Source: an uncultured delta proteobacterium (GTDB lineage Bacteria; Myxococcota_A; Polyangia; Fen-1088). From it: a DNA stretch of 64,000 bases. The DNA lies in contig CAVYGB010000008.1 in the NCBI GenBank assembly GCA_963767925.1, forward strand, positions 64,001 through 128,000, given 5' to 3'. Below the pieces are notes generated by a model, which worked only from the letters and a program-made list of their open reading frames with translations, did not search any database and was not told the origin of the DNA. Shown here piece by piece: positions 9,171 to 18,561 of this stretch; the first letter of the stretch is position 1; each line of letters begins with the position of its first letter. Made by a program: the position numbers and the translations under genes.

Positions 9171-12100
9171 TCAAATCCAGGCGGGTTCCAGGGCTGCGAC
9201 CGACAGGCCCAGTGCGCGGGCCCGGGCCGCGGCCTTGTCGGAAAGACGCGCAGCCCGACCCGGCTGGCCCTCGCGCGCCGCGATCGCCGCGCGCATGGCG
9301 AGGACGGCCGGTCGGGCCATGGGAAACATCCGGGAGAAACGGGTCAGGCGGCGCAGGGCCAGGTGGGCGGTCCGGCGCGCCTGCCGGTCCCGAACTCCCC
9401 CGCGCTCCCAGGCGGCGATGGCCACCGCCACCGCGCCCACGTAGCCGTGGATACAGGGCGCCAGGGGCAGCAGGGCGCCGCGCAGCCGGTCGGTCAAGCC
9501 CGCCGCGACCACCTCGGCATCGGCGAGGCGGTCGCTCGCCAGGTAGGCGGTGGCCAGCAGCCCCTCGCCCATGACGATCGAGAGTCGGTCGGCGAGGGGG
9601 GCCAGCAAGCGCCGCCCCTCCTCCAGCAGCGGCAGGGCCTCGCCCGCCCGGCCGAGGCCGAGCAGCGATCGGCCTCGCAAGGTGAGCGCCCAGCCCATGT
9701 GCTGCTGGTTGGCGCGCCGGCGCGCCGACTCGAACAGGGCGGCGTACCAGTCGCCCGCCTCCGCCAGCCGGCCCTGGAAAAAGACGGCGTGCCCCACGAT
9801 GGTCCGGGCGATGTCGCCGTCCTGATCGTCCCCCACGCGGGCCAGCAGGTCGACGGCCCGCCGGCCGATCTCCTCGGCGGCGGCGAAGCGACCCTGCCCG
9901 AGGTCGTGAAAGGCGCGCAGGTAGCAGGTGAGCGCCAGCCCGGGCAGGTCGTTCCGCTCCTGGGCCAGGCGGGTGGCCCCCTGGAAGAAGGAGCTCGCCA
10001 CCGGCCCCAGGCCGGTCAGGCCGCTGACGTAGCCGAGGCGGGCGAAGGAGGCGGTGATCTCGGCCGGGTAGCGCGCGCGTTCGGCCAGGTTGGCGCCCAG
10101 CACCAGACTGGCGGTCATCGGCAGCCAGTCCCCCGTGAAGTAGGAGACCGAGGCCGAGAGCCCGGCGGCCACCGCCCCCTCGACCTGGGACAGGCGGCTC
10201 CGGCCCGGGCGCCGGAGGCGGTGGATGGGAAACAGCCGGTGCAAGATCCTCCGGGTCACCTGCGACAGCAGCAGGCGCAGCCACTGCCCCCGGGTGCGGG
10301 GGGCTCGCCCGCACACGTCGGCCAGCACCGACAGGGCGTCGGCCCGGCAGGCGGCCAGATCGGCGAGCGCGAAGTGGGCCTCGGCCCGCAGGCGATACAC
10401 CCGCGTCCGGCGCACGAAGCCGCTGCCGCCCAGCTCGATGGCCCGCGTACAGAGGGCCTGGGCCTCCCGGGCGGTGCCCGCCCGCAGGGCCCGGTTGGCG
10501 GCCCGCTGCAGGTAGGTGAGGGCGCGTCGGTCGTCGCGGGCCGCGCAGCAGTGGGCGGCGAGGGCGGCGTAGTGCCGGCCGAAGTCGATCTCCCGGCTGC
10601 GGTTCCCCTCGATCACGCTGGCCGCCAGGGCGTGGTGGGCCCGGCGCCGGGGGGCGGGCGTCTGGGCGTAGGCGATCTCGCGGAGCTGATCGTGGACGAA
10701 GCGGTATTGCCCGGACTGGGCGATCTCGAGCACTTGCTTGACCACCAGCTCGGCCAGGGCGCTCAGGTTCTGCTCGGCGGGGCTGCTCTTACCCGCCATG
10801 GTCAGGAGCTGATCGGCCTCGAGCTCGCGGCCCAGCACGGCGGCCAGCTCGACCAGCATCTGGGCGGGGGCCGACAGGCGGGCCAGCCGGCGCAGCACCA
10901 GCTCGCGCACCGCCACCGGGGTGCGGGGGGACTCGACGGGCGGGCCGCTGAGGCGCCAGGACGCCTCCGAGCGCACCAGCCGCTGCTCGGACAGGGCCGT
11001 GCGCAGGTACTCCACCACGAACAGGGGGTTGCCGCAGGCCCGGCTCGCCACCGAGTCGGTGAGGGTGTCGGGCACCTCCTGCGAGCCGAGCATCTCGGTG
11101 ATCATGCGGGCCACGCCGCTGGTCTCGAGCGGAGGCAGCGACAGGCGCTTGACCTCGGTCCGGCCCAGGCTGCGCAGGAGCTCGGGCGGCAGGGCCTCGT
11201 CCCGGCAGGTGGCGGCGATCAGCACGGCGTGGCGGGCGAAGAACTCGTCGCCCAGGTGCTCACATACGAACGACAGGGTGAGCTCGTCGGCCCACTGCAG
11301 ATCGTCGAGGATGAGACAGAGCGGCCGGCGGGCGGCGACCGTCCCCAGCAGGTGCTCGAGCGCGTCGAACAGTCGGAAGCGGGCCCCGTCACCCACCAGG
11401 GGGGGCAGGCGGGGGAGCTGATCCAGCCCCGGCACCTGCAGCAGGGCGGGCTCGTAGCTGGCCAGCAGCCGGCCCCGCGGTCCCAGCAGGCGGACGTTCT
11501 CCGCCCGGCTCGCGCTCCGGCAGGTCTCGGCCACCGCCCGCAGGAACGGACGGATCGGCTGCAGCGCCGGAGCGGTCGGGCTGGTCTCGGGCTGACCGTC
11601 GAGGGTGGGGCCGGAGGAGGTGCCCAGCACCACCTGCATCCCCAGGCGGTGGGCCCGCGAGGCCAGCTCGACCGCCAGGCGGGTCTTGCCCGCTCCGCTC
11701 TCGCCGGTGATGAAGACCCGGCTGCCCTGTCCGCGATCGCAGGCATCGGCCAGCCGCTGCAGGTCGGCCATCGGGGCCTGTCGGCCCACCAGGCTGGGCC
11801 GGTACAGGTAGCCGGGCGTGCCCTCGGGCGCGCTCTGCCCGGCCGGGACCAGGGCCCGCGCGACCTGGTCGGCGTAGGCGGGCCGCTGCCGGGGATGTTT
11901 GGCGAGGAGCGAGAGCACCAGCTGCTCCAGCTCGAGCGGCACCGCGGGCGCGAGCTGCGAGGGCGGGCGGGGCGCCAGCGAGAGGTGGGCGTCGATGAGG
12001 GTGCGGGGATCTCGCCCCAGGAAAGGGGGCCGGCCGGTCAGCACCTCGTAGAGGATGCATCCCACCGAATACAGGTCGGAGCGGGCGTCGGTCGGCTCGC

Positions 12101-12926
12101 CCAGGAACTGCTCGGGCGCGGTGTAGAGCAACGTCCCCGCCTGCAAGGTGTCGATGCGCAGCACCTCACGCTCGCCGGTGAGGCTGGCGTTGGTGAGGGC
12201 AAAGCCGAAGTCGACGAGCACCGGCACCCGATCCGGGCGGATGATCACGTTGCGCGGAGACAGGTCGCGGTGGACGAAGCCGGCCGCGTGCAGCTCGGTC
12301 AGGGTCGCGCAGAGCTGGCGCAAGATCTCGAGCAGCTCGGCCCGCCCCTCGAGACCGGGCGGCCAGTCCGGGCGGGCGGATCCCTTGCGCCGGGCGGCCA
12401 GGCGCGCGGCCAGGGTCTGCCCCTCGACGAGCTGCATGGCGTACCAGGCCACCTCGGCCCCGCCGCGGGGCGCGCCCTGATCGCCCTGGGCGAGGATCCG
12501 CACCACGCCCGGATGGCGGATCTGACTGAGGGCCTGCATCTCGCGCTGCAGGGAGAGCAGGGCCTCGCGCTGCGACGGCTGGACGGTCTTGATGGCGACG
12601 ACCTCGCCGCTCCGTTCATCCTCGGCGCGGTACACCACGCCCATCCCGCCGCGGCCCAGCACCGCCAGCACCCGGAAGGGTCCGAAGCGCAGCGGCTGCG
12701 CCGCGCCCTCGTCGGAGGCCAGCGGGTCTTCGGCCGGAGGTAGGCTCGCCGCGCCCATCGAGGCCAGCGGCGGCGTGACGAGATCGGCCGCGCCCGAGAG
12801 GAGATCGAGGCAGCTCTCACAGGCCGCCGCGTGCCGCTCCAGCAGCATGACACCTTCTCTCGTCAGTTTTCCCGAAAGGAACTGAACGAAAAGATCTTCG
12901 GGTGGACAACCTTCTGGCTCGTTCAT
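9171..12926 (-). CDS. Zinc anti-sigma-like finger + Ser/Thr kinase + AAA/STAND ATPase + TPR-like protein
   Basis: N-terminal C...HAAACESC (HxxxCxxC); LGRGGMGVVY, VAIK, HRDLSPRN, DFG, APE; Walker A GESGAGKT and Walker B ILDDLQWAD; helical-repeat C-terminus. ATG at 12926. Confidence 0.9.
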   Translation of the reverse strand: MNEPEGCPPEDLFVQFLSGKLTREGVMLLERHAAACESCLDLLSGAADLVTPPLASMGAASLPPAEDPLASDEGAAQPLRFGPFRVLAVLGRGGMGVVYRAEDERSGEVVAIKTVQPSQREALLSLQREMQALSQIRHPGVVRILAQGDQGAPRGGAEVAWYAMQLVEGQTLAARLAARRKGSARPDWPPGLEGRAELLEILRQLCATLTELHAAGFVHRDLSPRNVIIRPDRVPVLVDFGFALTNASLTGEREVLRIDTLQAGTLLYTAPEQFLGEPTDARSDLYSVGCILYEVLTGRPPFLGRDPRTLIDAHLSLAPRPPSQLAPAVPLELEQLVLSLLAKHPRQRPAYADQVARALVPAGQSAPEGTPGYLYRPSLVGRQAPMADLQRLADACDRGQGSRVFITGESGAGKTRLAVELASRAHRLGMQVVLGTSSGPTLDGQPETSPTAPALQPIRPFLRAVAETCRSASRAENVRLLGPRGRLLASYEPALLQVPGLDQLPRLPPLVGDGARFRLFDALEHLLGTVAARRPLCLILDDLQWADELTLSFVCEHLGDEFFARHAVLIAATCRDEALPPELLRSLGRTEVKRLSLPPLETSGVARMITEMLGSQEVPDTLTDSVASRACGNPLFVVEYLRTALSEQRLVRSEASWRLSGPPVESPRTPVAVRELVLRRLARLSAPAQMLVELAAVLGRELEADQLLTMAGKSSPAEQNLSALAELVVKQVLEIAQSGQYRFVHDQLREIAYAQTPAPRRRAHHALAASVIEGNRSREIDFGRHYAALAAHCCAARDDRRALTYLQRAANRALRAGTAREAQALCTRAIELGGSGFVRRTRVYRLRAEAHFALADLAACRADALSVLADVCGRAPRTRGQWLRLLLSQVTRRILHRLFPIHRLRRPGRSRLSQVEGAVAAGLSASVSYFTGDWLPMTASLVLGANLAERARYPAEITASFARLGYVSGLTGLGPVASSFFQGATRLAQERNDLPGLALTCYLRAFHDLGQGRFAAAEEIGRRAVDLLARVGDDQDGDIARTIVGHAVFFQGRLAEAGDWYAALFESARRRANQQHMGWALTLRGRSLLGLGRAGEALPLLEEGRRLLAPLADRLSIVMGEGLLATAYLASDRLADAEVVAAGLTDRLRGALLPLAPCIHGYVGAVAVAIAAWERGGVRDRQARRTAHLALRRLTRFSRMFPMARPAVLAMRAAIAAREGQPGRAARLSDKAAARARALGLSVAALEPAWI

Positions 12927-13028
12927 TGGACCGAGCAGCTCCCGCTGATTAGACGCCGCCTGCCGCACCTTGATGCACCTGCTGCGCTTGCTTTTTTGGT
13001 TTTCCGCTATGTTAGTGGCTTGCCAATC

Positions 13029-13853
13029 GTGGGGGCCGGAACAGGGATCAGCGCCAGGACGCCGGAGGTCGAGCTGGAGTCGCTCGCCGCCGAGGCCCGG
13101 AGCATGTGGCCCGACCTCCTCCTCGACAAGGCGGTGTTCACCGGCTATCTGCGCGAGCGGCTGACGGGCTCCGACGATCCGGCCGGGCTGCACGCCGGCG
13201 ACCTCTATCTCGCCTGCGCCTGCCTGCAGCAGGTGGCGGGGGCCCTGGAGGCCTTCGAGCGCCGCTACCTCGCCCGCCTCGGTCCCTCGCTCCGCACCAT
13301 CGATCCCTCTCCCGCCTTCGCCGACGAGGTGACGCAGCTCCTGCGCGAGAAGCTGTTCGTCGGCACCAAGCTGGCGAGCTATTCGGGGCGGGGCTCGCTC
13401 GAGAGCTGGGTGGCGGTCGCCGCCCACCGGACGGGTCTGACCCTCAAGCGCCGGCAGCGCGACCACAGCGAGCTCTCGGACGAGGCCCTGACCTGGCTCG
13501 TGCCCCAGGATCCGGAGCTGGCCTACCTGCGCGCGCACTACCGGGAGGAGTTCCAGACCGCGCTGACGGCCGCCCTGCGTGGGCTGCCCGAGCGGCAGCA
13601 GGTGGTGCTGCGCCTGTCGGTGCTCAAGGGAAACAGCCACGCCCGGATCGCCGCCATCTACGGGGTGAATCAGTCCACCGTCACGCGCTGGGTGACCGCC
13701 GCTCGCCAGCAGATCTGGGACCAGCTCCGGCAGCGCCTGGCCGATCGGCTGCACATGGGCTCGGGCGAGGTGGACTCGCTGATCCGCTTCATGAAGAGCG
13801 ACGCCGAGATCAACCTGGTCCAGGCGCTGGAGCGGGCCAGCCCCTCGGACTGA
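13029..13853 (+). CDS. Sigma-70/ECF factor, Myxococcales type (Sig-70_gmx1-like)
   Basis: LHAGDLYLACAC, YSGRGSLESW, DPELAYLR, region 4 'HARIAAIYGVNQSTVTRW'. Start (GTG 13029) uncertain. Confidence 0.85.
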   Translation: MGAGTGISARTPEVELESLAAEARSMWPDLLLDKAVFTGYLRERLTGSDDPAGLHAGDLYLACACLQQVAGALEAFERRYLARLGPSLRTIDPSPAFADEVTQLLREKLFVGTKLASYSGRGSLESWVAVAAHRTGLTLKRRQRDHSELSDEALTWLVPQDPELAYLRAHYREEFQTALTAALRGLPERQQVVLRLSVLKGNSHARIAAIYGVNQSTVTRWVTAARQQIWDQLRQRLADRLHMGSGEVDSLIRFMKSDAEINLVQALERASPSD

Positions 13854-13862
13854 GGGCGGCGG

Positions 13863-14255
13863 TCAGCGCGGGGGCGAGACCACGACGTACTGGATCCGGG
13901 TGCCGGCGTAACCGGGCCGGTACCAGGTGCGGCCGCAATGCTGGTAGGCGACCTTGCCGACCACGGTCACGGCGCAGGAGGCGGGCAGGGCGGCGACGAC
14001 GCTGCCGACCGCCACCGCTGCCGTCACCGCGATGGCGGCCCGGGTGACGGGGTGGTAGTCGCGGTCGACGTCGACGTCGATGTCCCGGCGGACCGGGACC
14101 GTGCGGTGCACGTTGACCCGGCGGCTCACGCTGGTGCGGGTGGTGCCGCGGACGCTGCGGGCGTCGGGCCGGGGCGGCGCCAGCACCCCGGCGGCGATCA
14201 GCAGGCTGGAGCAAGTGGAGACGATGACCCCGGCCCGGCGGAGCTGGACCTTCAA
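13863..14255 (-). CDS. Small exported protein (DUF6515-like C-terminus)
   Basis: Signal-like N-terminus; 'ALPASC...YQHCGRTWYRPGY..YVVVSPP'; 4-nt overlap with the upstream gene. Confidence 0.7.
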   Translation of the reverse strand: MKVQLRRAGVIVSTCSSLLIAAGVLAPPRPDARSVRGTTRTSVSRRVNVHRTVPVRRDIDVDVDRDYHPVTRAAIAVTAAVAVGSVVAALPASCAVTVVGKVAYQHCGRTWYRPGYAGTRIQYVVVSPPR

Positions 14256-15013
14256 GGCAGTCTCCCGGTCTGGGGGCGCAGCTCGATGGCGTGGGCGTCG
14301 GCCGGGGGCACGAAGGTGAACAGGTGGTCGTCGAGGGGGAGGTTGAGCTCCCAGCTCAGCACGACGGTGTGCTGGGGCTGGGCCGGGTCCTGGGTGGTGG
14401 TGATCACCAGCTTGCGCGGCAGGGGCCGGGGACCGCGCTGGATCCAGATCTGCCAGTCGACGTCGCGCTGCCGGAAGGCGTAGTGGTCACAGGGCGCCCC
14501 CGCCACCGTGCTGGGGCCGACGTCGATGGCAAACAGGATGTCGGCGATCCCGCTGGCCTCGGTCCCCCAGTAGAAGAGATCGGCCAGCGGCAGCTCGATG
14601 TCGTAGCGGCGCGCCGCCACCTCGACCAGCTCCCGCAGGGTGGGTGGCGCGGCGACGGTGGCGTAGTAATGTTCGCGGGGCGCGTCGACGGTGAACCGCT
14701 GGCCGTCGTAGAAGAAACGCCGGCTCTTGCGGTCGGAGACCAGCTCGGCGAAGAAACGGTCCGGCCGGCGGATCTTTAGATCGGCCCTGCTGTGGAGCTG
14801 CAGCTTCTGTCCCGACTGAAGCACCTCGTCGGTGGTGCTCTCGGCCTTGACCAGCAGGCTGCTCTGGGCCCGCAGAAAACCGCCCATCCTCTCGAGCGCC
14901 CGGACGGCCGCCTGGTCGATGGAGGGTCGATCAGCCGAGGCCGGTGGCGCGGCGACCGGGAGGGCCAGCAGGGCCGCGACCAGGGCCTCCGGGGGCGGGC
15001 GCATGAGCCTCAT
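14252..15013 (-). CDS. DUF2092-family periplasmic protein
   Basis: Signal peptide; RRPDRF, FFYDG, LPLADL, CDHYAFRQRDVDWQIWI, PLPRKLVIT, FTFVPP. Confidence 0.85.
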   Translation of the reverse strand: MRLMRPPPEALVAALLALPVAAPPASADRPSIDQAAVRALERMGGFLRAQSSLLVKAESTTDEVLQSGQKLQLHSRADLKIRRPDRFFAELVSDRKSRRFFYDGQRFTVDAPREHYYATVAAPPTLRELVEVAARRYDIELPLADLFYWGTEASGIADILFAIDVGPSTVAGAPCDHYAFRQRDVDWQIWIQRGPRPLPRKLVITTTQDPAQPQHTVVLSWELNLPLDDHLFTFVPPADAHAIELRPQTGRLP

Positions 15014-15184
15014 TGGATCACCTCTCGATCGGAGTGTATGGCCGGTTTCCCCGGGCGCCTGTCGGAGCGCTACGGAAAGGCTGGCCCACCCGCGCGCCGG
15101 TAAGTCTCGCTCGCATTCGGAGCTGAGGTGGTCGTCCCGTCGGAGGCCGCGCCCATATTGGCCCAGTGAGAGAAGGAGGAGATC

Positions 15185-16390
15185 ATGTTCCTGAGAAAGT
15201 GCAGCTGGTTGGTAGGGGTGGGGATCGCCCTGGGGGGTGGTGCAGGTGCGCAGGCTCAGCAAGCTGCCGCTTCGCCCGCCGAGGCAAAGACCTGTCACGA
15301 GAGCGCGGTGAAGGTCGAGTTCGGGTTCGACTCCGCCACGGCGGCCGTCGACACGAGCAAGGTCAACGAGGTGAGCACCTGGCTCGCGGGCGATCCGGGC
15401 CGGACGGTCATCGTGAAAGGGACCACCGATTCGTCGGGGGCTCCCGCTTACAACGAGGACCTCAGCATGCGCCGAGCGCAATCGGTGCAGCAGGGGCTCG
15501 TCAGCCAGGGCGTCGACCCGGCGCGGGTGGAGGTGATCGGCGAAGGTGAGGCGCCGGCGACCGACGCCGGGAGCGCGCGGGAGTCCCGCTCGGCGGTCGT
15601 CCTCCTGTGTGAGGCGCCAGCCGGCGCGGCGGCGACGGCCCCCCCGGCTGCGGCAGCGGCGGCGGCTGCTGCTCCCGCGGAGGCGGCACCCCCGCCCGAG
15701 GGGGCTCCTCCGGCCGAGCCGGCCGCGCCGGCCGAAGAGGCGCTCCCCGAGGAGGGACCGCTGGCCGAGGCCGAGCCGGCGCCGGAGATGGCGATGCCCG
15801 AGCCGTACTCCGAGCCCATCCCGCTCCAGGAACAGGCGCCCGAGCCCTCGGGCCTCGAGCGGATCGGGCTGGGGGTGGCGCTCGGTGGTGGGGTCGTCGA
15901 CTTCACCGACAGCGAGGCCAGGGCCCTGACCGACCTCGGCGGCTCCTGGGAGCTCCGGGCCATCGTGGGGGCCCGCCTGCCCCTGGCGGCGGAGCTGGCC
16001 TACACCGGCTCGGCCCAGTCCATCGACGTCCTCGGCATCGGCACCGACTCGGTGCTGCTGGGTAACGGCGGCGAGGTGGCGCTCCGCCTGCAATTGCCGC
16101 ACAAATACGTGCGGCCCTACGCCGTGGCCGGGGTCGGCTGGACGCACTACCAGCTCACCAACACCGGTGGCGATAACACGAGCCTGATGTCGAGCGACGA
16201 CGACGTGGTCACGGTGCCTCTCGGGCTGGGGCTGACCCTGCACTCGATGTTTGGTGGCACCTTCGACGTGCGGGGCACCTTCCGGGCAGCCTTCCAGGAG
16301 GACCTCATGACCGGCGTCTATGCCGGCACCGGCGCGGTGGCCCGCCTGCACACCTGGAACGTGAACGCGACCCTGGGCTGGGAGTTCTGA
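15185..16390 (+). CDS. OmpA-like peptidoglycan-binding domain + Ala/Pro/Glu linker + C-terminal beta-barrel
   Basis: RBS AGGAGG; FGFDSA, GTTDSSG...YNEDLSMRRAQSV, GEGE; barrel ends LGWEF. Confidence 0.85.
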   Translation: MFLRKCSWLVGVGIALGGGAGAQAQQAAASPAEAKTCHESAVKVEFGFDSATAAVDTSKVNEVSTWLAGDPGRTVIVKGTTDSSGAPAYNEDLSMRRAQSVQQGLVSQGVDPARVEVIGEGEAPATDAGSARESRSAVVLLCEAPAGAAATAPPAAAAAAAAAPAEAAPPPEGAPPAEPAAPAEEALPEEGPLAEAEPAPEMAMPEPYSEPIPLQEQAPEPSGLERIGLGVALGGGVVDFTDSEARALTDLGGSWELRAIVGARLPLAAELAYTGSAQSIDVLGIGTDSVLLGNGGEVALRLQLPHKYVRPYAVAGVGWTHYQLTNTGGDNTSLMSSDDDVVTVPLGLGLTLHSMFGGTFDVRGTFRAAFQEDLMTGVYAGTGAVARLHTWNVNATLGWEF

Positions 16391-16479
16391 TCGCGAAGAG
16401 AGTGCCGTCGCGGGGACCGGTGGGGACGCTCGTCCCCCCGGTCCCTCGGCGGTCGAGACGACCGGAAGGAGGGCCTCGC

Positions 16480-17481
16480 ATGAGCAACGTCGCGGAGAAC
16501 GAGCTGCGCCCGCTGCCGCTCGACGACACGGAGGAGATCCCGATCCCCGATCCACCCTTTCCCGAGATGCAGCCGGTCCCGGGCGGCACCTTCCGCATGG
16601 GCTCGGATCGCCACTATCCCGAGGAGAGCCCGGCCCACCTGGTGGCCGTGGACGGCTTCTGGATGGACGCCCGCCCGGTGACGAACGCCGACTTTCACCG
16701 CTTCGTGGCCGCCACCGGCTACCGCACGCTGGCCGAGGAGGCGCCTCGCCCCGAGGACTACCCGGGGGCGCTGCCCGAGTTGCTGGTGCCCGCCTCGATC
16801 GTCTTTCAGCAGCCGCGCCAGGCCGTCGATCTCCGCAACCACTTCTCCTGGTGGGGCTTCGTGCCCGGGGCCTGCTGGCGCCACCCGCGGGGACCGGACA
16901 GCTCGATCGACGATCTCGCGGATCACCCGGTCGTGCACATCGCTTACCGCGACGCCGAGGCCTACGCGGCCTGGGCAGGCAAGGACCTGCCCAGCGAGGC
17001 GGAGTGGGAGCTGGCCGCCCGGGGCGGACGGGACGGAGCGGAGTTCGTCTGGGGCGACGACCTTCTCCCTGGCGGCAAATACATGGCCAACACCTGGCAG
17101 GGCGAGTTCCCCCTCCAGAACCTGGCCAGCGACGGGTTCGAGTGGACCGCCCCGGTGGGGTCCTTCCCGGCCAACGGCTACGGCCTGTTCGACATGGCGG
17201 GGAACGTCTGGGAGTGGACCAGCGACTGGTACGAGGACCGGCACCCGGTCGGCAACGGCTGCTGCGCGGCCCGCCAGAACCCGCGCGGCGGCGCCCGGGA
17301 GCGGAGCTACGACCGCTGCATGCCCGAGTCGCAGATCCCTCGCAAGGTGATGAAGGGGGGCTCCTTCCTCTGCGCGCCCAACTACTGCCGCCGCTACCGG
17401 CCGGCTGCCCGGATGGGGCAACCGATCGACACGTCGACCTGCCACCTGGGCTTTCGCTGCATCGTCCGGCAGCCGCCGTGA
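16480..17481 (+). CDS. Formylglycine-generating enzyme (FGE/SUMF1) family protein
   Basis: LPSEAEWE, ANTWQGEFP, NGYGLFDMAGNVWEW, GGSFLCAPNYCRRYRPAAR, HLGFRC. Confidence 0.93.
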   Translation: MSNVAENELRPLPLDDTEEIPIPDPPFPEMQPVPGGTFRMGSDRHYPEESPAHLVAVDGFWMDARPVTNADFHRFVAATGYRTLAEEAPRPEDYPGALPELLVPASIVFQQPRQAVDLRNHFSWWGFVPGACWRHPRGPDSSIDDLADHPVVHIAYRDAEAYAAWAGKDLPSEAEWELAARGGRDGAEFVWGDDLLPGGKYMANTWQGEFPLQNLASDGFEWTAPVGSFPANGYGLFDMAGNVWEWTSDWYEDRHPVGNGCCAARQNPRGGARERSYDRCMPESQIPRKVMKGGSFLCAPNYCRRYRPAARMGQPIDTSTCHLGFRCIVRQPP

Positions 17482-17978
17482 CCCTCTGGAGCGCGGCGCA
17501 CGGGGACCTCGAGGGGCTGGCCCGGCTCGCGCTGGCCGCCCTGTTCGGGGGGCTGCTGGGGATCCCCTCGCGCACCCGGCCGGGCGGCGTGCGCACCCAC
17601 GCCATGGTCTGTGCGGGGGCGGCGCTCTTCTCGCTGTCGGCGGTCCACGTGGTGGGCCCCGGATCGGGGGAGCTGCTGCGCGTGATCCAGGGGGTGGCCG
17701 GGGGGATCGGCTTCATCGGCGCCGCCACCGTGCTCAAGCGGCGCGACAGCATCCACGGGGTCAGCGTCGCCGCCTCGATCTGGGTCAGCGGGGCGGCGGG
17801 CTGCGAGTTCGGGCTGGGTCGGGCCGGGTTCGCCGTGATCGTCGTGATCCTGGCGATGGGGGCCAACCTGCTCTACGACCACATCGAACGCCGCTACGTC
17901 GGTCCCCGTCACCGGGCGCACCGGGAAGGGGAAGGTCCGGTAGAGAACGACGACCCGCCGCCCGGACCGCCCGCCTGA
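17478..17978 (+). CDS. MgtC/SapB family membrane protein
   Basis: GGVRTHAMV, GIGFIGA, GVSVAASIW; GTGA overlap with the FGE stop codon. Confidence 0.85.
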   Translation: MTLWSAAHGDLEGLARLALAALFGGLLGIPSRTRPGGVRTHAMVCAGAALFSLSAVHVVGPGSGELLRVIQGVAGGIGFIGAATVLKRRDSIHGVSVAASIWVSGAAGCEFGLGRAGFAVIVVILAMGANLLYDHIERRYVGPRHRAHREGEGPVENDDPPPGPPA

Positions 17979-17983
17979 GCCGC

Positions 17984-18408
17984 TCAATCCACGAACATCG
18001 TGTCCCGGTCGCGTTTCATGTCCACCACCGTCCAGCCGTCCCGCCGGGCTCGCTCCAGCGCGGCCTCCGCGCCCTCCCGGTAGGCGGACTCGCGGCGGTC
18101 GTCGTCGTGGTCGAGCAGGAGGGCGAAGGAGGGCCGGGCGGGATGGGCGCAGAAGTGCAACATGGAGATGTCACCGTTCGAGTTGCCGCCGGCGAAGATG
18201 GGCCGGCGTCCCAGCCGGCTCCAGAGGCGGACTGGCTTGGCCGGGCCGACACTACCGGGGCGACGACCGCGATCTGAAGGTGATGGCCGGCGCGGGTCAC
18301 GCGGGCGACGAAGTCGAGGATGGCCGCCTTCGTGTCGCCCTCTCGCCAGCTCGGTAGCCCGCCCGGAGGAACGTCCGCTGGCTCTGGTTGCTTCACGTTC
18401 GCGCTCAC
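17984..18408 (-). pseudogene. HAD-family hydrolase remnant with internal deletion
   Basis: N-terminal LPSWREGDTKAAILDFVARVT and, in a different frame, C-terminal GPAKPVRLWSRLGRRPIFAGGNSNGD...HDDDRRE...GWTVVDMK; the catalytic DxD region is missing. Confidence 0.85.
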
Positions 18409-18561
18409 GTCGGTCTCCCTTTCACCCCGATGAACCTGGCCACGGCGGGGGAGGATTGGCCCGTCGGCGGGTGTACGAGGAACACGCCTTCGCGCGGTCG
18501 ACCTGGCTCGCACGTTGTCTTCGCCCGCACCGTCCGTCACTTTCCCGAGCGGGAGGTCTCC

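Noticed and set aside
6089..12743. Very long plus-strand ORFs (1161 aa and 1126 aa) and similar long ORFs elsewhere (18586-21222, 43831-46704)
   Set aside because: Antisense shadows of real genes; high GC suppresses stop codons and the products have no motifs.
12927..13754. 276-aa N-terminal extension of the kinase ORF (1527 aa in the track)
   Set aside because: It overlaps the sigma gene on the opposite strand; the ATG at 12926 directly precedes the zinc-finger domain.
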